A stretch of 64,000 nucleotides of DNA, taken from IMG/VR virus record IMGVR_UViG_3300027777_000022; one strand, 5' to 3'. The DNA comes from a virus. Its lineage: Duplodnaviria > Heunggongvirae > Uroviricota > Caudoviricetes. The stretch's first letter is position 1; every line of letters begins with the position of its first letter. The notes below the pieces were generated by a model, which was given only the letters and a program-made list of their open reading frames with translations, was not told the DNA's origin and did not search any database. The position numbers were made by a program, and so were the translations under genes. Below, piece by piece: positions 9,050 through 18,116 of the stretch.

Positions 9050-9334
9050 ATGCTAAAACAACGTATACCATTGAATCTTCGACGCAGGATCGTCGAACGC
9101 GACGGCTTGCATTGTGTGTACTGTGATGAGGATCTGTCAGATTCTGAGATACATATGGATCATGTGATTCCAGAATCAAAAGGTGGAGAAACCACTTACC
9201 ACAATCTACAAGTTACTTGTCGCAAGTGCAATCTAGCAAAAGGTGTGCTATCTGAACACGAGTTCTCTAAGAGATTGAGAACTCGTGCAATGAACATCCT
9301 TTACAGACTTGGGCCTACAGCAGACCTTCCGTAG
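9050..9334 (+). CDS. HNH endonuclease
   Basis: CVYCDEDL...HMDHVIPESKGGETTYHNLQVTCRKCN is a canonical HNH motif. Confidence 0.75.
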   Translation: MLKQRIPLNLRRRIVERDGLHCVYCDEDLSDSEIHMDHVIPESKGGETTYHNLQVTCRKCNLAKGVLSEHEFSKRLRTRAMNILYRLGPTADLP

Positions 9335-9899
9335 TCAACACAGTGACCACATCGGCACTGAGTTCAATCTCAGTACGAACGTTGATTTCCAACAATTCGT
9401 CTTGTAACTTTTGCTTGGCCTTCTTGCCCATGCTCACAGCAGTACGGAAACCTGCAATATCTTCTTGAGTGAAGATAGAAGTATCCACAGTAGCGTCGTG
9501 TCCGTAGTACAAACTACGAGAGTCTTCTTTGCGATTACGCAGTTTGTCCATCTTGCCTGCCACAACCTCTGCACTATCGCGCACAGTCTTGCCTGACAAT
9601 TCGGCAAGGTACTGGATCTTCTTGTCCATCAAGGCCACATCGGCCAGCTTGACATCCACACCTTGTGCCGCATTGGCCTGGCTCACTGCCTTGCGGATAT
9701 CGTACAGGCTGTTGAGCAATCCGCGATGACGTTCTTGGTTGGCAACAAAGGCTTCACGTGCCTTGGCAATTTCGTCTTCGGCTGTTTGGAATTCGTTGAC
9801 TTTGATTTCAGTGTCAAATTTGATACTTTTGATTGCTTCCTGAACACTCAGTTGCAATGCGTTGGCTTTACGTAGATTGATTTTCATAATTTCTTTCAT
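9315..9899 (-). CDS. hypothetical protein (194 aa), predicted coiled-coil rich
   Basis: Long ORF with no recognised motif. Confidence 0.5.
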   Translation of the reverse strand: MKEIMKINLRKANALQLSVQEAIKSIKFDTEIKVNEFQTAEDEIAKAREAFVANQERHRGLLNSLYDIRKAVSQANAAQGVDVKLADVALMDKKIQYLAELSGKTVRDSAEVVAGKMDKLRNRKEDSRSLYYGHDATVDTSIFTQEDIAGFRTAVSMGKKAKQKLQDELLEINVRTEIELSADVVTVLTTEGLL

Positions 9900-10203
9900 T
9901 AAACAATAAGGGTGGCAAGACCCAAGTCAAGTCACAGACTAAGCAAGGTGCAATACGCAACATGCAAAATACAAACCACAGTGGCCTGCGTATGTCCGGT
10001 TATCAAAGTGCAGATGTCTATAATAGGTCCGGTTCACACAAGCACGATCCAGGTTTCCCCAGAGGCCATTTTAAGTGTCAGCTGTTAAGGCTGGTCGGAA
10101 TAATCCAACAGTTGTCTGTTCTAATCTACTCAAATCTTGCCTGCCAGCTTGCGCTGACAAAACTAATTATATGCGAAACAGCGACGGAAATCAACTGTTT
10201 TGG

Positions 10204-10686
10204 TTAAGCTGCTCGGCGATTGCTCAACACCCAATCCAGTCTGTCAGCAGCATAGCTGGCAGCAAAGGCTCGAGGTTTGACCATTGGAATCACATTGCAA
10301 GTGCCTTTGATGTAACCAATTGCTTGGTTAACCACCACGGAGCTCTTGTGCATCTGATCAGGGTTGATGTCCAAGTGTACTTCCACCAGTCGGTCTTCTA
10401 GTACATCACTCATCTTTTGAAACAGTTCTGATACCTTGTACACTTCGTTCATGAGTCTCATAGCAGGCTTGTCGCTGCGTTGATCCCAATCACGTTCACG
10501 TTGTACTTCACCAAAGATTTTGCAGCCATGGCAGCTATCAATGTGTACAACCACTGCCAGCGCATAGTCTGCGTACCATACGCCATTGACTTTTACTCGT
10601 TCGCTGTCGCAGCCTAGATACACCGAAGTTTCTGGACTTTGAGCAGTGATAAATTCTTTGACCTGAGCCATGTCCATTTTTTTCAT
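10204..10686 (-). CDS. hypothetical protein (160 aa)
   Basis: Long ORF; possible RNase H-like fold (YLGCDS ... VVVHIDS) but the call is not secure. Confidence 0.45.
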   Translation of the reverse strand: MKKMDMAQVKEFITAQSPETSVYLGCDSERVKVNGVWYADYALAVVVHIDSCHGCKIFGEVQRERDWDQRSDKPAMRLMNEVYKVSELFQKMSDVLEDRLVEVHLDINPDQMHKSSVVVNQAIGYIKGTCNVIPMVKPRAFAASYAADRLDWVLSNRRAA

Positions 10687-10743
10687 AATTTACTTTCTTT
10701 TATTTAATTAGTGTAGATAATTCTGAGGTCGATAAATAGTACA

Positions 10744-11877
10744 ATGTCTAAAACTATTATCTTAAATTCAACAAATTCTTTTTTAGAGTGGGCGGCTGAA
10801 TCAGCTGCCATCAAGAAAGTGAATATAGTTATTTTTTCGATAGATCATTGGCAAGATAACATTACAGTATGGGATGATGATCAACTTGACCAATCTCCAA
10901 TTAGAATATTTCAAAAATTTGTCCAGGAGCATGCTGACTGTAAATTTCTGTTATTTTCTACAATAATCAACTTTGAATCACAGTTTGATCATTTGCACAA
11001 TGTTAGAGTTGTGTATTGGGGTCCTGATTTTATTAGAGATGCTCGAAATACACATTTATTATACCGTCCGGCATCCACTAAAAATTTTAATGAATACTCT
11101 CATCATTGGATTGTACTTTGTAGGATGATGAGAGAACATCGTGTACTATTGATGTTATTGTTGTTAGGAAAAGATCTAGAAAAAACAGGACTGATTAAAG
11201 CTAGTGTTCCTAAATCACTTCATTCAAACAATTCAATTGATGACTATTTAAGAATGATCAACTGTCAACATTTATGTGACGAAATCATACATTCGCAGCG
11301 AAGTCATATCTATCAAAAAGGGTTTGATAAAATTATTCAAAATGCACCAAACAATTTTCTAGGGTTTAGATCAAATCATACGGAAGATGACTTTTCATTT
11401 AAAGACTCTGATAACGGACAAAATTTTAATTGTCTAAGAACTGATTATCAAAACAGTCTAATAGAAATCATTGTTGAAACTATATTTTTTCATAACAATG
11501 GGTTGGTAAGTGAAAAATTTGCCAACTGCGTTTATGGTTTTAATTTTTTTATTGCATTGGCAAGTCCGGGATACGTCGAACATCTGCGACAGTTAGGATT
11601 TGATGTATTTGATGATGTGATTGATCACTCATACGATCAAATCGTAAATCCTTACGATCGACTCGAAGCCTCCATTGAATCTAATAGAAAAATTTTACAA
11701 GATAAACAATTTGCATTTGACCAATGGACCAACTGTAAATTCCGGATGCAATCTAATTTAGAACAGTTGATAAAACTTATGAAAAGTTCTTATATCTTCA
11801 GATTACCAGGTAATCTTAAAACATGGGCCGACGCTAACATAACTATTGAAAATTTTGACACAATACTACTGCCTTGA
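10744..11877 (+). CDS. hypothetical protein (377 aa), AT-rich gene
   Basis: Long plus-strand ORF with lower GC than its neighbours; no motif recognised. Confidence 0.5.
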   Translation: MSKTIILNSTNSFLEWAAESAAIKKVNIVIFSIDHWQDNITVWDDDQLDQSPIRIFQKFVQEHADCKFLLFSTIINFESQFDHLHNVRVVYWGPDFIRDARNTHLLYRPASTKNFNEYSHHWIVLCRMMREHRVLLMLLLLGKDLEKTGLIKASVPKSLHSNNSIDDYLRMINCQHLCDEIIHSQRSHIYQKGFDKIIQNAPNNFLGFRSNHTEDDFSFKDSDNGQNFNCLRTDYQNSLIEIIVETIFFHNNGLVSEKFANCVYGFNFFIALASPGYVEHLRQLGFDVFDDVIDHSYDQIVNPYDRLEASIESNRKILQDKQFAFDQWTNCKFRMQSNLEQLIKLMKSSYIFRLPGNLKTWADANITIENFDTILLP

Positions 11878-11882
11878 CTAAT

Positions 11883-11956
11883 TGGCGTACCCACTAGGAC
11901 TCGAACCTAGACTGACGGTTTTGGAGACCGCGATGCTGCCATTACACTATGGATAC
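11883..11956 (-). tRNA. tRNA-Trp(CCA)
   Basis: Acceptor GTATCCA/TGGGTAC, anticodon arm GCGGT-CTCCAAA-ACCGT, T-loop TTCGAGT, CCA encoded. Confidence 0.6.
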
Positions 11957-12007
11957 ATAAACGTGGTGGAAACGTTGAGATTTGAACTTACGAGAGTTAT
12001 CTTCTAT

Positions 12008-12637
12008 CTAATATTTTTCGGCAATCAATTCAGCAATTTTGTCTGAATGAACTCCTATACTAATTGCAATTCGAGAATCAGTTATATTTTGTACACTGTG
12101 TATGATGTTGGTTTTTATCATAGCCCATGAATTAATTGGTATCTCAATCTGGGACATCTCTACCAGTGCAGTTGAATCCAAAGCCACTGTATGGGGAAGT
12201 CTAACAAGATCTTCTCCTGGCTGTTGCCACCAATGAGTAGTGACTGGACTTTTGGGATTCCCACTTTTTATAAGATATAGCATTGTATATTTGCCTCTTG
12301 CGCTACCATCGGTATGCGGCAACAATGCAGATACAAAACCAGTCACGCTGGTGCAATATTGAACTCCGGTAGTAATACTAGAGTTGTTTAATTCGTTGAT
12401 ATTTTTGTATAACCACTCATCAAGTGTAGGATTAATTGGACCGGTGACTGGAGTTCTATAATATAATGCCCCGTCTTGTGTTGACCCATCACTTACAATA
12501 ACCTTGTGTTGTGTTAGTTCTTGTTTATTGGCAACTGTAGTTGAGTTATCAACATTGTTTGAGTCAACATACACTATTTGATCAAGCAATTCAGACGGGA
12601 TTACAGGAAGCTGATTTAAAAATTTAAAATATTGCAT
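12008..12637 (-). CDS. hypothetical protein; possible 2OG-Fe(II) oxygenase-like
   Basis: LLPHTDGS (HxD) and a later LPHTVAL His might form an HxD...H facial triad; weak. Confidence 0.4.
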   Translation of the reverse strand: MQYFKFLNQLPVIPSELLDQIVYVDSNNVDNSTTVANKQELTQHKVIVSDGSTQDGALYYRTPVTGPINPTLDEWLYKNINELNNSSITTGVQYCTSVTGFVSALLPHTDGSARGKYTMLYLIKSGNPKSPVTTHWWQQPGEDLVRLPHTVALDSTALVEMSQIEIPINSWAMIKTNIIHSVQNITDSRIAISIGVHSDKIAELIAEKY

Positions 12638-12658
12638 ACAAAATGAACCTAATGTTAT

Positions 12659-13489
12659 TTAACAAATATTGTTTTTTAAATATTGAGAATATAGCAAATC
12701 AGCAAAATACGCATTCCATTCATGGCCAAAGTGTATTTTATCTCGGGCTCTGGGAAATCTAAATTCGTGTCCTAGAGTATTATCAGTAGGGCCCAATGGA
12801 ACAACGTCACGTTCGTAAGCGTAAACATCAAAAGACTCCAGATCTTCATTTTTACATAAATTGATTTCTTGTAGTGGTATTTTTCTATTTTTGCAAATTT
12901 CTTGTAACATAATGCGATTTTTATCATAATGATACTTTAAATAGCTATTGTCATTGAATATGTCAGCTGCCTGTTCCAAACGTTTACTGCTGTTGGTATG
13001 ACCATCATAGGTTTCTAAGAATATTTTATACGGCAGATATCGACGTTTGATAGAAATTTCTCTTGAAGAAATAAACGGCCATTGCACAAACACTGCTCGA
13101 GGACATAAAACATCAATGGTTTTGGCAATTGCTCTAACCACATAGTCACTGCTAGCAGCAGCAAGACCTAAATTGTATAACTTGGTATTGGGAAATTTCT
13201 CTCTCAACATGTGTGGCCAAGTGTGTTCAACAGGGCATCCGATACCAATGGTGCAACTGTCTCCGATGGCTATTATGGAATCTCGTCCATCGTTAACAAA
13301 CTCGTCTGATCTGAACCCGTGCGTGTTCCACCGGTAAGTAATGTCAGTGTCAGAGTAGATGCTGTTGGGATTTATTCCAGGACAATCTCTACGATACCAA
13401 TAACTGGTATTGGTATTTTCTGGCCCACCGGGCACCCCTACAACACTAAAAATTCCTTGGTCCCAATTGTTAAAATCTGAAGTTAGCAT
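12659..13489 (-). CDS. SGNH/GDSL-type hydrolase
   Basis: IIAIGDSCTIGIG (GDS block I motif). Confidence 0.6.
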   Translation of the reverse strand: MLTSDFNNWDQGIFSVVGVPGGPENTNTSYWYRRDCPGINPNSIYSDTDITYRWNTHGFRSDEFVNDGRDSIIAIGDSCTIGIGCPVEHTWPHMLREKFPNTKLYNLGLAAASSDYVVRAIAKTIDVLCPRAVFVQWPFISSREISIKRRYLPYKIFLETYDGHTNSSKRLEQAADIFNDNSYLKYHYDKNRIMLQEICKNRKIPLQEINLCKNEDLESFDVYAYERDVVPLGPTDNTLGHEFRFPRARDKIHFGHEWNAYFADLLYSQYLKNNIC

Positions 13490-14166
13490 AGATTGTGTAA
13501 ATCCAGTTTGTGCCTAAGTCTAATGCTAAGGCTAGTTCTTGGCAGTTTACCCAAATTAATTGCTCGGTGTGGAATAGTCACATTCAGATATATTGGTTGC
13601 GTTAGACTTGCTCGTGCCACTTCAACTGCCGAAGAATCGTCATATGCCATACTACTATTTGACCAATTCATCACAATATTTTTCATTGATTCCGATGGAG
13701 AATCAACAAAATCTGCGGTTATAGATTTGTCACCTAATTTTGTTGTTGAATACCAAACTGTGTAGGAATCATCATAATTTAACAAAGGAACGTTAATGGC
13801 TTCGCCGGTTACATCTAACATTAAATCAAATGGAACATCACCGTCACGGTCAGTGTCTACGTGTATGGGAAACATTTTAAGACCATTGCTGGAAACAACA
13901 ATCCAGGCCACCGCAAAAATATCACGAAATTGTATATTTTTACTAGATAACCAATCCGCAAATATGGGACATGCATTTTTAAATTCTTTAAGTTTGCGTA
14001 AATATTTTGTGCCAACTTCACTTTTGTTGTTGATCAACCCAGTTGATGTAGTATCCAAATCAATCATTGACACGTATAATGGGCAAGTGGTTCTTAGATA
14101 GGTATCAATTTCTGCAGACATCTGCTGCAGATTTGGAGCGGTAAGTGTTTTGTAATATGGTAACAT
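13483..14166 (-). CDS. hypothetical protein (227 aa)
   Basis: Long ORF, no motif recognised. Confidence 0.5.
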   Translation of the reverse strand: MLPYYKTLTAPNLQQMSAEIDTYLRTTCPLYVSMIDLDTTSTGLINNKSEVGTKYLRKLKEFKNACPIFADWLSSKNIQFRDIFAVAWIVVSSNGLKMFPIHVDTDRDGDVPFDLMLDVTGEAINVPLLNYDDSYTVWYSTTKLGDKSITADFVDSPSESMKNIVMNWSNSSMAYDDSSAVEVARASLTQPIYLNVTIPHRAINLGKLPRTSLSIRLRHKLDLHNLC

Positions 14167-14233
14167 GATAGGTTAAATTATACTCTGTAATATAACCTAT
14201 TTAGTTTGGCAATATGACAAATTTAAATAATTA

Positions 14234-14325
14234 TGGTACCAGCGGAGAGATTCGAACTCTCTCAAGAACGCTAATCTGGCGCTAAAAGGCTTATAAGACC
14301 TCTCTGACTACCCAGTCTCGCTGGC
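14234..14325 (-). tRNA. class II (long variable arm) tRNA, anticodon loop CUUAUAA (UAU?); identity uncertain
   Basis: Acceptor GCCAGCG/CGCTGGT, T-arm GAGAG-TTCGAAT-CTCTC, 22-nt variable region, CCA encoded. Confidence 0.45.
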
Positions 14326-14331
14326 ATTGTT

Positions 14332-14406
14332 TGGTCCGGCGTAACAGAATCGAACTGCTATCTAGGGAGTAGAAATCCCCTGTATTATCCATTATACTAA
14401 CGCCAG
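14332..14406 (-). tRNA. tRNA-Arg(TCT)
   Basis: Anticodon arm GGGGA-TTTCTAC-TCCCT, T-loop TTCGATT, CCA encoded. Confidence 0.55.
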
Positions 14407-14447
14407 ATAAATTTACTTTGGTATTCTCTGTAAATTTACTTTGGTAT

Positions 14448-14534
14448 TGGTGCGACTGGCCGGGATCGAACCGGCACGCCCTCACAGGCGTCAGATTTTA
14501 AGTCTGGTGCGGCTACCAATTACGCCACAGTCGC
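14448..14534 (-). tRNA. tRNA-Leu(TAA), class II
   Basis: Acceptor GCGACTG/CAGTCGC, anticodon loop CTTAAAA, long variable arm, T-loop TTCGATC, CCA encoded. Confidence 0.6.
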
Positions 14535-14538
14535 TTGT

Positions 14539-14612
14539 TGGTCTCGGTAGGAAGAATCGAACTTCCGCTTCATGCTCCCAAAGCACGGGTGATACCATTT
14601 CACTATACCGAG
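14539..14612 (-). tRNA. tRNA-Pro(TGG)
   Basis: Acceptor CTCGGTA/TACCGAG, anticodon loop TTTGGGA, CCA encoded. Confidence 0.55.
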
Positions 14613-14619
14613 TATTAAT

Positions 14620-14697
14620 TGGAGCAACGGGAGGGATTTGAACCCCCGGTTTTACGGATTTGCAATCCGTTGCATTGGGCCGCTCTGCCACCGTTGC
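14620..14697 (-). tRNA. tRNA-Cys(GCA)
   Basis: Acceptor GCAACGG/CCGTTGC, anticodon arm ACGGA-TTGCAAA-TCCGT, T-loop TTCAAAT, CCA encoded. Confidence 0.65.
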
Positions 14698-14701
14698 ATA
14701 T

Positions 14702-14777
14702 TGGTACCTGGTGACAGACTCGAACTGTCATCGCTCTCCGTGTAAAGGAGACGTATAACCTCTCTACGCAACCAGGC
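14702..14777 (-). tRNA. tRNA-Val(TAC)
   Basis: Anticodon arm TCTCC-TTTACAC-GGAGA, T-loop TTCGAGT, CCA encoded. Confidence 0.6.
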
Positions 14778-14816
14778 AGTTTTTTTGTTTTGAATTGTTA
14801 AAATCTATATATCCAC

Positions 14817-14895
14817 ATACACTTGCAGGAATTGAACCTGCCTACCCCGGATTGACCAGAGCTGTAATCCGCTACATCTGCCTGGCCCGGGCATT
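14817..14895 (-). ncRNA. tRNA-like element with canonical T-arm (GCAGG-TTCAATT-CCTGC) but no foldable acceptor stem and no CCA; possible degenerate or interrupted tRNA
   Basis: T-arm is perfect, but I could not pair an acceptor stem by hand; an internal GGATT...AATCC helix carries a 12-nt loop. Confidence 0.25.
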
Positions 14896-14986
14896 TGTGC
14901 ATGTGGATATAAAGACTTGGACTGTTTCCAGTCTTTATATCATGTAAATTTTTAATGAGCGTATGTTAATTTCTTAACATGCTGCA

Positions 14987-15015
14987 ATTATAGCATCACC
15001 CGTGATACTTGTCAA
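14987..15015 (-). promoter_or_regulatory. sigma70-like promoter TTGACA-N17-TATAAT inside tRNA array
   Basis: Minus strand: -35 TTGACA (plus 15010-15015), 17-nt spacer, -10 TATAAT (plus 14987-14992). Confidence 0.5.
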
Positions 15016-15016
15016 C

Positions 15017-15090
15017 TGGTAGACTCTACAAGAATTGAACTTGTGTCTGTGCAATGTCAATGCACCGTTCTACCATTGAACTAAGAGTCT
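15017..15090 (-). tRNA. tRNA-Val(GAC)
   Basis: Acceptor AGACTCT/AGAGTCT, anticodon arm GTGCA-TTGACAT-TGCAC, T-loop TTCAATT, CCA encoded. Confidence 0.5.
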
Positions 15091-15094
15091 GAGT

Positions 15095-15169
15095 TGGTGG
15101 AGGATAGCAGATTCGAACTGCTGATGCTGCCATGCCATGGCAGTATGTTTCCAACTATATCAATCCCCC
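15095..15169 (-). tRNA. tRNA-Ala(GGC) with G3-U70
   Basis: Acceptor GGGGGAT/ATCCTCC gives the G3-U70 wobble that is the Ala identity element; anticodon arm CTGCC-ATGGCAT-GGCAG; CCA encoded. Confidence 0.55.
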
Positions 15170-15173
15170 AAAA

Positions 15174-15249
15174 TGGTGCCCTAGGTGGGACTCGAACCCA
15201 CAGAACCTGGTTTCTAAGACCAGTACGTATGCCATTCCGTCACCAGGGC
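15174..15249 (-). tRNA. tRNA with anticodon UAG (Leu-decoding) but short variable arm
   Basis: Anticodon arm CTGGT-CTTAGAA-ACCAG, T-arm GTGGG-TTCGAGT-CCCAC, only about 5-nt variable loop (class I geometry), CCA encoded. Confidence 0.45.
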
Positions 15250-15250
15250 A

Positions 15251-15325
15251 TGGTGGTCATGGTTGGTATCGATCCAACCTCCTCGCCTTATGAGGGCGGT
15301 GCGCATCCATCTACGCCACATGACC
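15251..15325 (-). tRNA. tRNA-Met(CAT) (initiator, elongator or Ile-lysidine type not resolved)
   Basis: Acceptor GGTCATG/CATGACC, anticodon loop CTCATAA, T-loop ATCGATA, CCA encoded. Confidence 0.55.
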
Positions 15326-15505
15326 AATAAATACTTGTGTGAGACGCTATCAAAACCTAACACCACAGGGCTTGAATTTCCATTTAAGCCTAAGTGATAT
15401 CGGTGTTTGCTGCATCATCGTTTATGATGTGTTCACAGCCGAAGCTCAGTTGCGTTATTTTACCAACGTGAATCTAGCTTTGCGCTTTATAAACAATCTT
15501 TAATT

Positions 15506-15580
15506 TGGGTTGACCAATGGGTATCGATCCCATGCTACGACTTTCACAGAGTCGGGTGCTTCCATTACACCATGGCCAAC
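15506..15580 (-). tRNA. tRNA-His(GTG) including G-1
   Basis: Anticodon arm CGACT-CTGTGAA-AGTCG, discriminator C, and an extra 5' G (plus C at 15580) as expected for His. Confidence 0.6.
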
Positions 15581-15883
15581 ATAAAACCATATAAAAACAC
15601 TTTAGATATTAGTTCAATGCTGGCACAAAGAACCGTTCGCCCCTGCCAGGGGACCGAAGTAGTTACCGCATTTATGCGCGGCACCCTCCCCGTCAAAAAT
15701 GTTTATATATGGCCCCAGTCTCTCCTAGGAAGTCACGACTGACGCTGCCGTTTACGCTGAGTAATGACCTCAGACCGGAATCTTGTCATATAGAAACACA
15801 CTACAGTCCATTCGGTAGGAAAGTTACAACTCAACAGGCTACCACCGCTGTCAAATTTGTAATGTGTTTATATATGGCGAACT

Positions 15884-15962
15884 CATTGTAGGCAGGACTC
15901 GAACCTGCATTCGCCTCTTGAGCGAGGCTTTCCTACCATTAGAAGACTACGAGTTCATCGGG
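15884..15962 (-). ncRNA. tRNA-like element (T-arm GCAGG-TTCGAGT-CCTGC; 6-nt anticodon-like loop GCUCAA; no CCA)
   Basis: T-arm and D-like GG present, but anticodon loop is non-canonical and the acceptor pairs poorly; possible pseudogene or unusual tRNA. Confidence 0.25.
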
Positions 15963-16082
15963 TCATGACTCCCGATTATGGATCAGGGTAATTACTCCTG
16001 TTTTTACCATATAGAAACACACTAAAACACAACCTTAGTTTCCCAGTTACGGTATTGTCAGTTGGTATAATGTGTTTGCATA

Positions 16083-16157
16083 TGGTCGGGGCACAGGGAC
16101 TCGAACCCTGATAGACCGGGTAAAAGCCGGTTATTCTAGCCATTGAATTATACCCCG
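16083..16157 (-). tRNA. tRNA-Lys(TTT)
   Basis: Acceptor CGGGGTA/TGCCCCG, anticodon arm ACCGG-CTTTTAC-CCGGT, T-loop TTCGAGT, CCA encoded. Confidence 0.65.
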
Positions 16158-16161
16158 TATA

Positions 16162-16236
16162 TGGTCCACTCTCTGAGACTCGAACTCAGTTCTCTCTGCT
16201 TAAGAGGCAGGACTTCACCTTCAAAGTTTAGAGTGG
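16162..16236 (-). tRNA. tRNA-Lys(CTT)
   Basis: Acceptor CCACTCT/AGAGTGG, anticodon loop CTCTTAA, T-arm CTGAG-TTCGAGT-CTCAG, CCA encoded. Confidence 0.5.
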
Positions 16237-16346
16237 GTTGTGCATATCAAATTGTCTTTAATGTGCCAACCCTAGACCATATACGGGATCTACGATTGAC
16301 ACTAGCGTTTAGCACGTTTCATGTCATGTTTCCTTGTTAAAAATGT

Positions 16347-16375
16347 ATTATACAACAATTGAGGTTTGTTGTCAA
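16347..16375 (-). promoter_or_regulatory. sigma70 consensus promoter TTGACA-N17-TATAAT at head of tRNA array
   Basis: Minus strand: -35 TTGACA (plus 16370-16375), 17-nt spacer, -10 TATAAT (plus 16347-16352), reading toward tRNAs 16236 down to 14234. Confidence 0.55.
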
Positions 16376-16376
16376 C

Positions 16377-16682
16377 CTACCAGAGATCCTGTATACCAGT
16401 GGTGACCAAAGTTATATTATAAGTTGGTGCAGTAACAGTTACAAAATCAATAAATTCCTGAGCAGCAGCATGATTGATCCACGCGGCAAATTCTATGGAT
16501 TGTGACCGACCTGGTAATCTAACCCAACATGGAGTTAACGTAGTTTTACCTTGGTTAAACATTATTTGCATCAAATTTTCTTTTTCTATAAAAAAATTTG
16601 TTTCATATTGATCAGTTGTGTTTTGATATGTTATCTCACTCAAACAAGTATTTTTTGGCATAATTGCAACTCCTATATTCAT
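16377..16682 (-). CDS. hypothetical protein (101 aa)
   Basis: ORF between tRNA-Arg(ACG) and the tRNA-array promoter. Confidence 0.35.
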   Translation of the reverse strand: MNIGVAIMPKNTCLSEITYQNTTDQYETNFFIEKENLMQIMFNQGKTTLTPCWVRLPGRSQSIEFAAWINHAAAQEFIDFVTVTAPTYNITLVTTGIQDLW

Positions 16683-16766
16683 TATTTATCAAATTTAGAT
16701 AAAATTTGATAGCCTTGAGAGATAATGGTTCTCCAACTGTTATACCTTTTGATCAACGGCCATGCA

Positions 16767-16843
16767 TGGTACCACCTGAGAGATTCGAACTCCCAACCCC
16801 CGGATTCGTAATCCAGTGCTCTATCCAATTGAGCCAAGGCGGT
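16767..16843 (-). tRNA. tRNA-Arg(ACG)
   Basis: Acceptor ACCGCCT/AGGTGGT, anticodon arm CTGGA-TTACGAA-TCCGG, T-loop TTCGAAT, CCA encoded. Confidence 0.6.
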
Positions 16844-16937
16844 GAAAAACAGTCCATATTGTATGCAATTCTTGGATTGTTGTCAACCAGTTTTTTTTGT
16901 ATTTTTACAACAAATTTTTTGGATTGCAACTTTCTTT

Positions 16938-17672
16938 TTATGCCCAGTTATTATCTAACGGCAGTGTTCTCAGCGTAATTTCAAAATTGCCTACTTTAAG
17001 TTCTGTTCCATTGGCATTTTGTAAATGATGTGATAATAAACTTTCAGGGTGAAAAACCAGCCCCAAGTCGTTATATTCTTTTAAATAATTAACTATATTA
17101 GAATATATCGTCATACTGTCAGAGTTACCAATAGCAAACTGATCATTACAAGGTGGTGTCCCATACCATTGATTTCCTGGCATAATAATTGTATTTGATG
17201 ATGGAATATTATTGCGAACATCAACTTCGTGAAGTAACCCCACATCTGATCTTGTCCTAATAACTATATCATATTTAAAATTATTTTCATTTTCATAACT
17301 AGTCCTTAGTTCGTTAGTTTTGAATATGTTGTAAAACATTTTGAAATATTGTTCAGGCGGTGAATGTACTCCTGATTGATCAGATGGATGATTACATTGG
17401 GGCCAAACTTGAGTATTCGCATCTGATATTTCAAATTTTTTAAGAAAATTATTAGGTGGAAGATTTTTTTCGATTATAGACTTGGCCCAACACGGATCAT
17501 AATCAACCCAAGTATCGTGCATAACAATGCTGACCCATTTTTGAGGTTCGTAATTTTTATTAGTCAGATAAACAAACCAATCAGCTTGATCGTACCCTTT
17601 TAAATTGTTTAAAAAAAGTTGCAGATCTTCTGTAAATCTTGGTTGTCCAGAAAGCAATATAGCAATTCTCAT
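16938..17672 (-). CDS. hypothetical protein (244 aa)
   Basis: Long ORF; no motif recognised. Confidence 0.5.
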   Translation of the reverse strand: MRIAILLSGQPRFTEDLQLFLNNLKGYDQADWFVYLTNKNYEPQKWVSIVMHDTWVDYDPCWAKSIIEKNLPPNNFLKKFEISDANTQVWPQCNHPSDQSGVHSPPEQYFKMFYNIFKTNELRTSYENENNFKYDIVIRTRSDVGLLHEVDVRNNIPSSNTIIMPGNQWYGTPPCNDQFAIGNSDSMTIYSNIVNYLKEYNDLGLVFHPESLLSHHLQNANGTELKVGNFEITLRTLPLDNNWA

Positions 17673-18115
17673 AATTTATCCTTTATTAACTGTACAAAAT
17701 CACTACATATGCCGTAACAATTTGTGTCAATATTTTTTAGCTCTGGATCATGCCACTCGGGTAGTACCGCAATGCTGCGGCATGTTAGCTCTTTACCTGG
17801 ATAAGTCCATATAAAATTGTTGCTGGTAAGAACAAAATCATCTTCTTGATGCCAGAAATAATACAGACTAGTGTTAGTCAACCACCTCAGTGCTGCTAAA
17901 TTTTTGGCATGAATCCATAGACCAAATTTACTCAAGAACTCTTTGTTAACTGGATAGTCCGGTCTATCATGACCTAGATAAAATTCTGAGTTGACTACCC
18001 AAAGATCAATTTCACAATCGAACTCTTGAGATAACGTCAATTCAATTTGTTCAGGGCGATTTTCTAAATTAACATCTGGACCGTTGGTTAATCCTCTATG
18101 TGCTATTAGTTTCAT
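17669..18115 (-). CDS. glycerophosphodiester phosphodiesterase (GDPD)-like, short
   Basis: N-terminal MKLIAHRG...E-x-D (HRG motif of GDPD family). Confidence 0.4.
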   Translation of the reverse strand: MKLIAHRGLTNGPDVNLENRPEQIELTLSQEFDCEIDLWVVNSEFYLGHDRPDYPVNKEFLSKFGLWIHAKNLAALRWLTNTSLYYFWHQEDDFVLTSNNFIWTYPGKELTCRSIAVLPEWHDPELKNIDTNCYGICSDFVQLIKDKL

Positions 18116-18116
18116 T

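Noticed and set aside
14441-15330. ORFs 14441..14641(+), 14491..14691(-) and 15094..15330(+) inside the tRNA array
   Set aside because: They are composed of back-to-back tRNA genes; these are translation artefacts.
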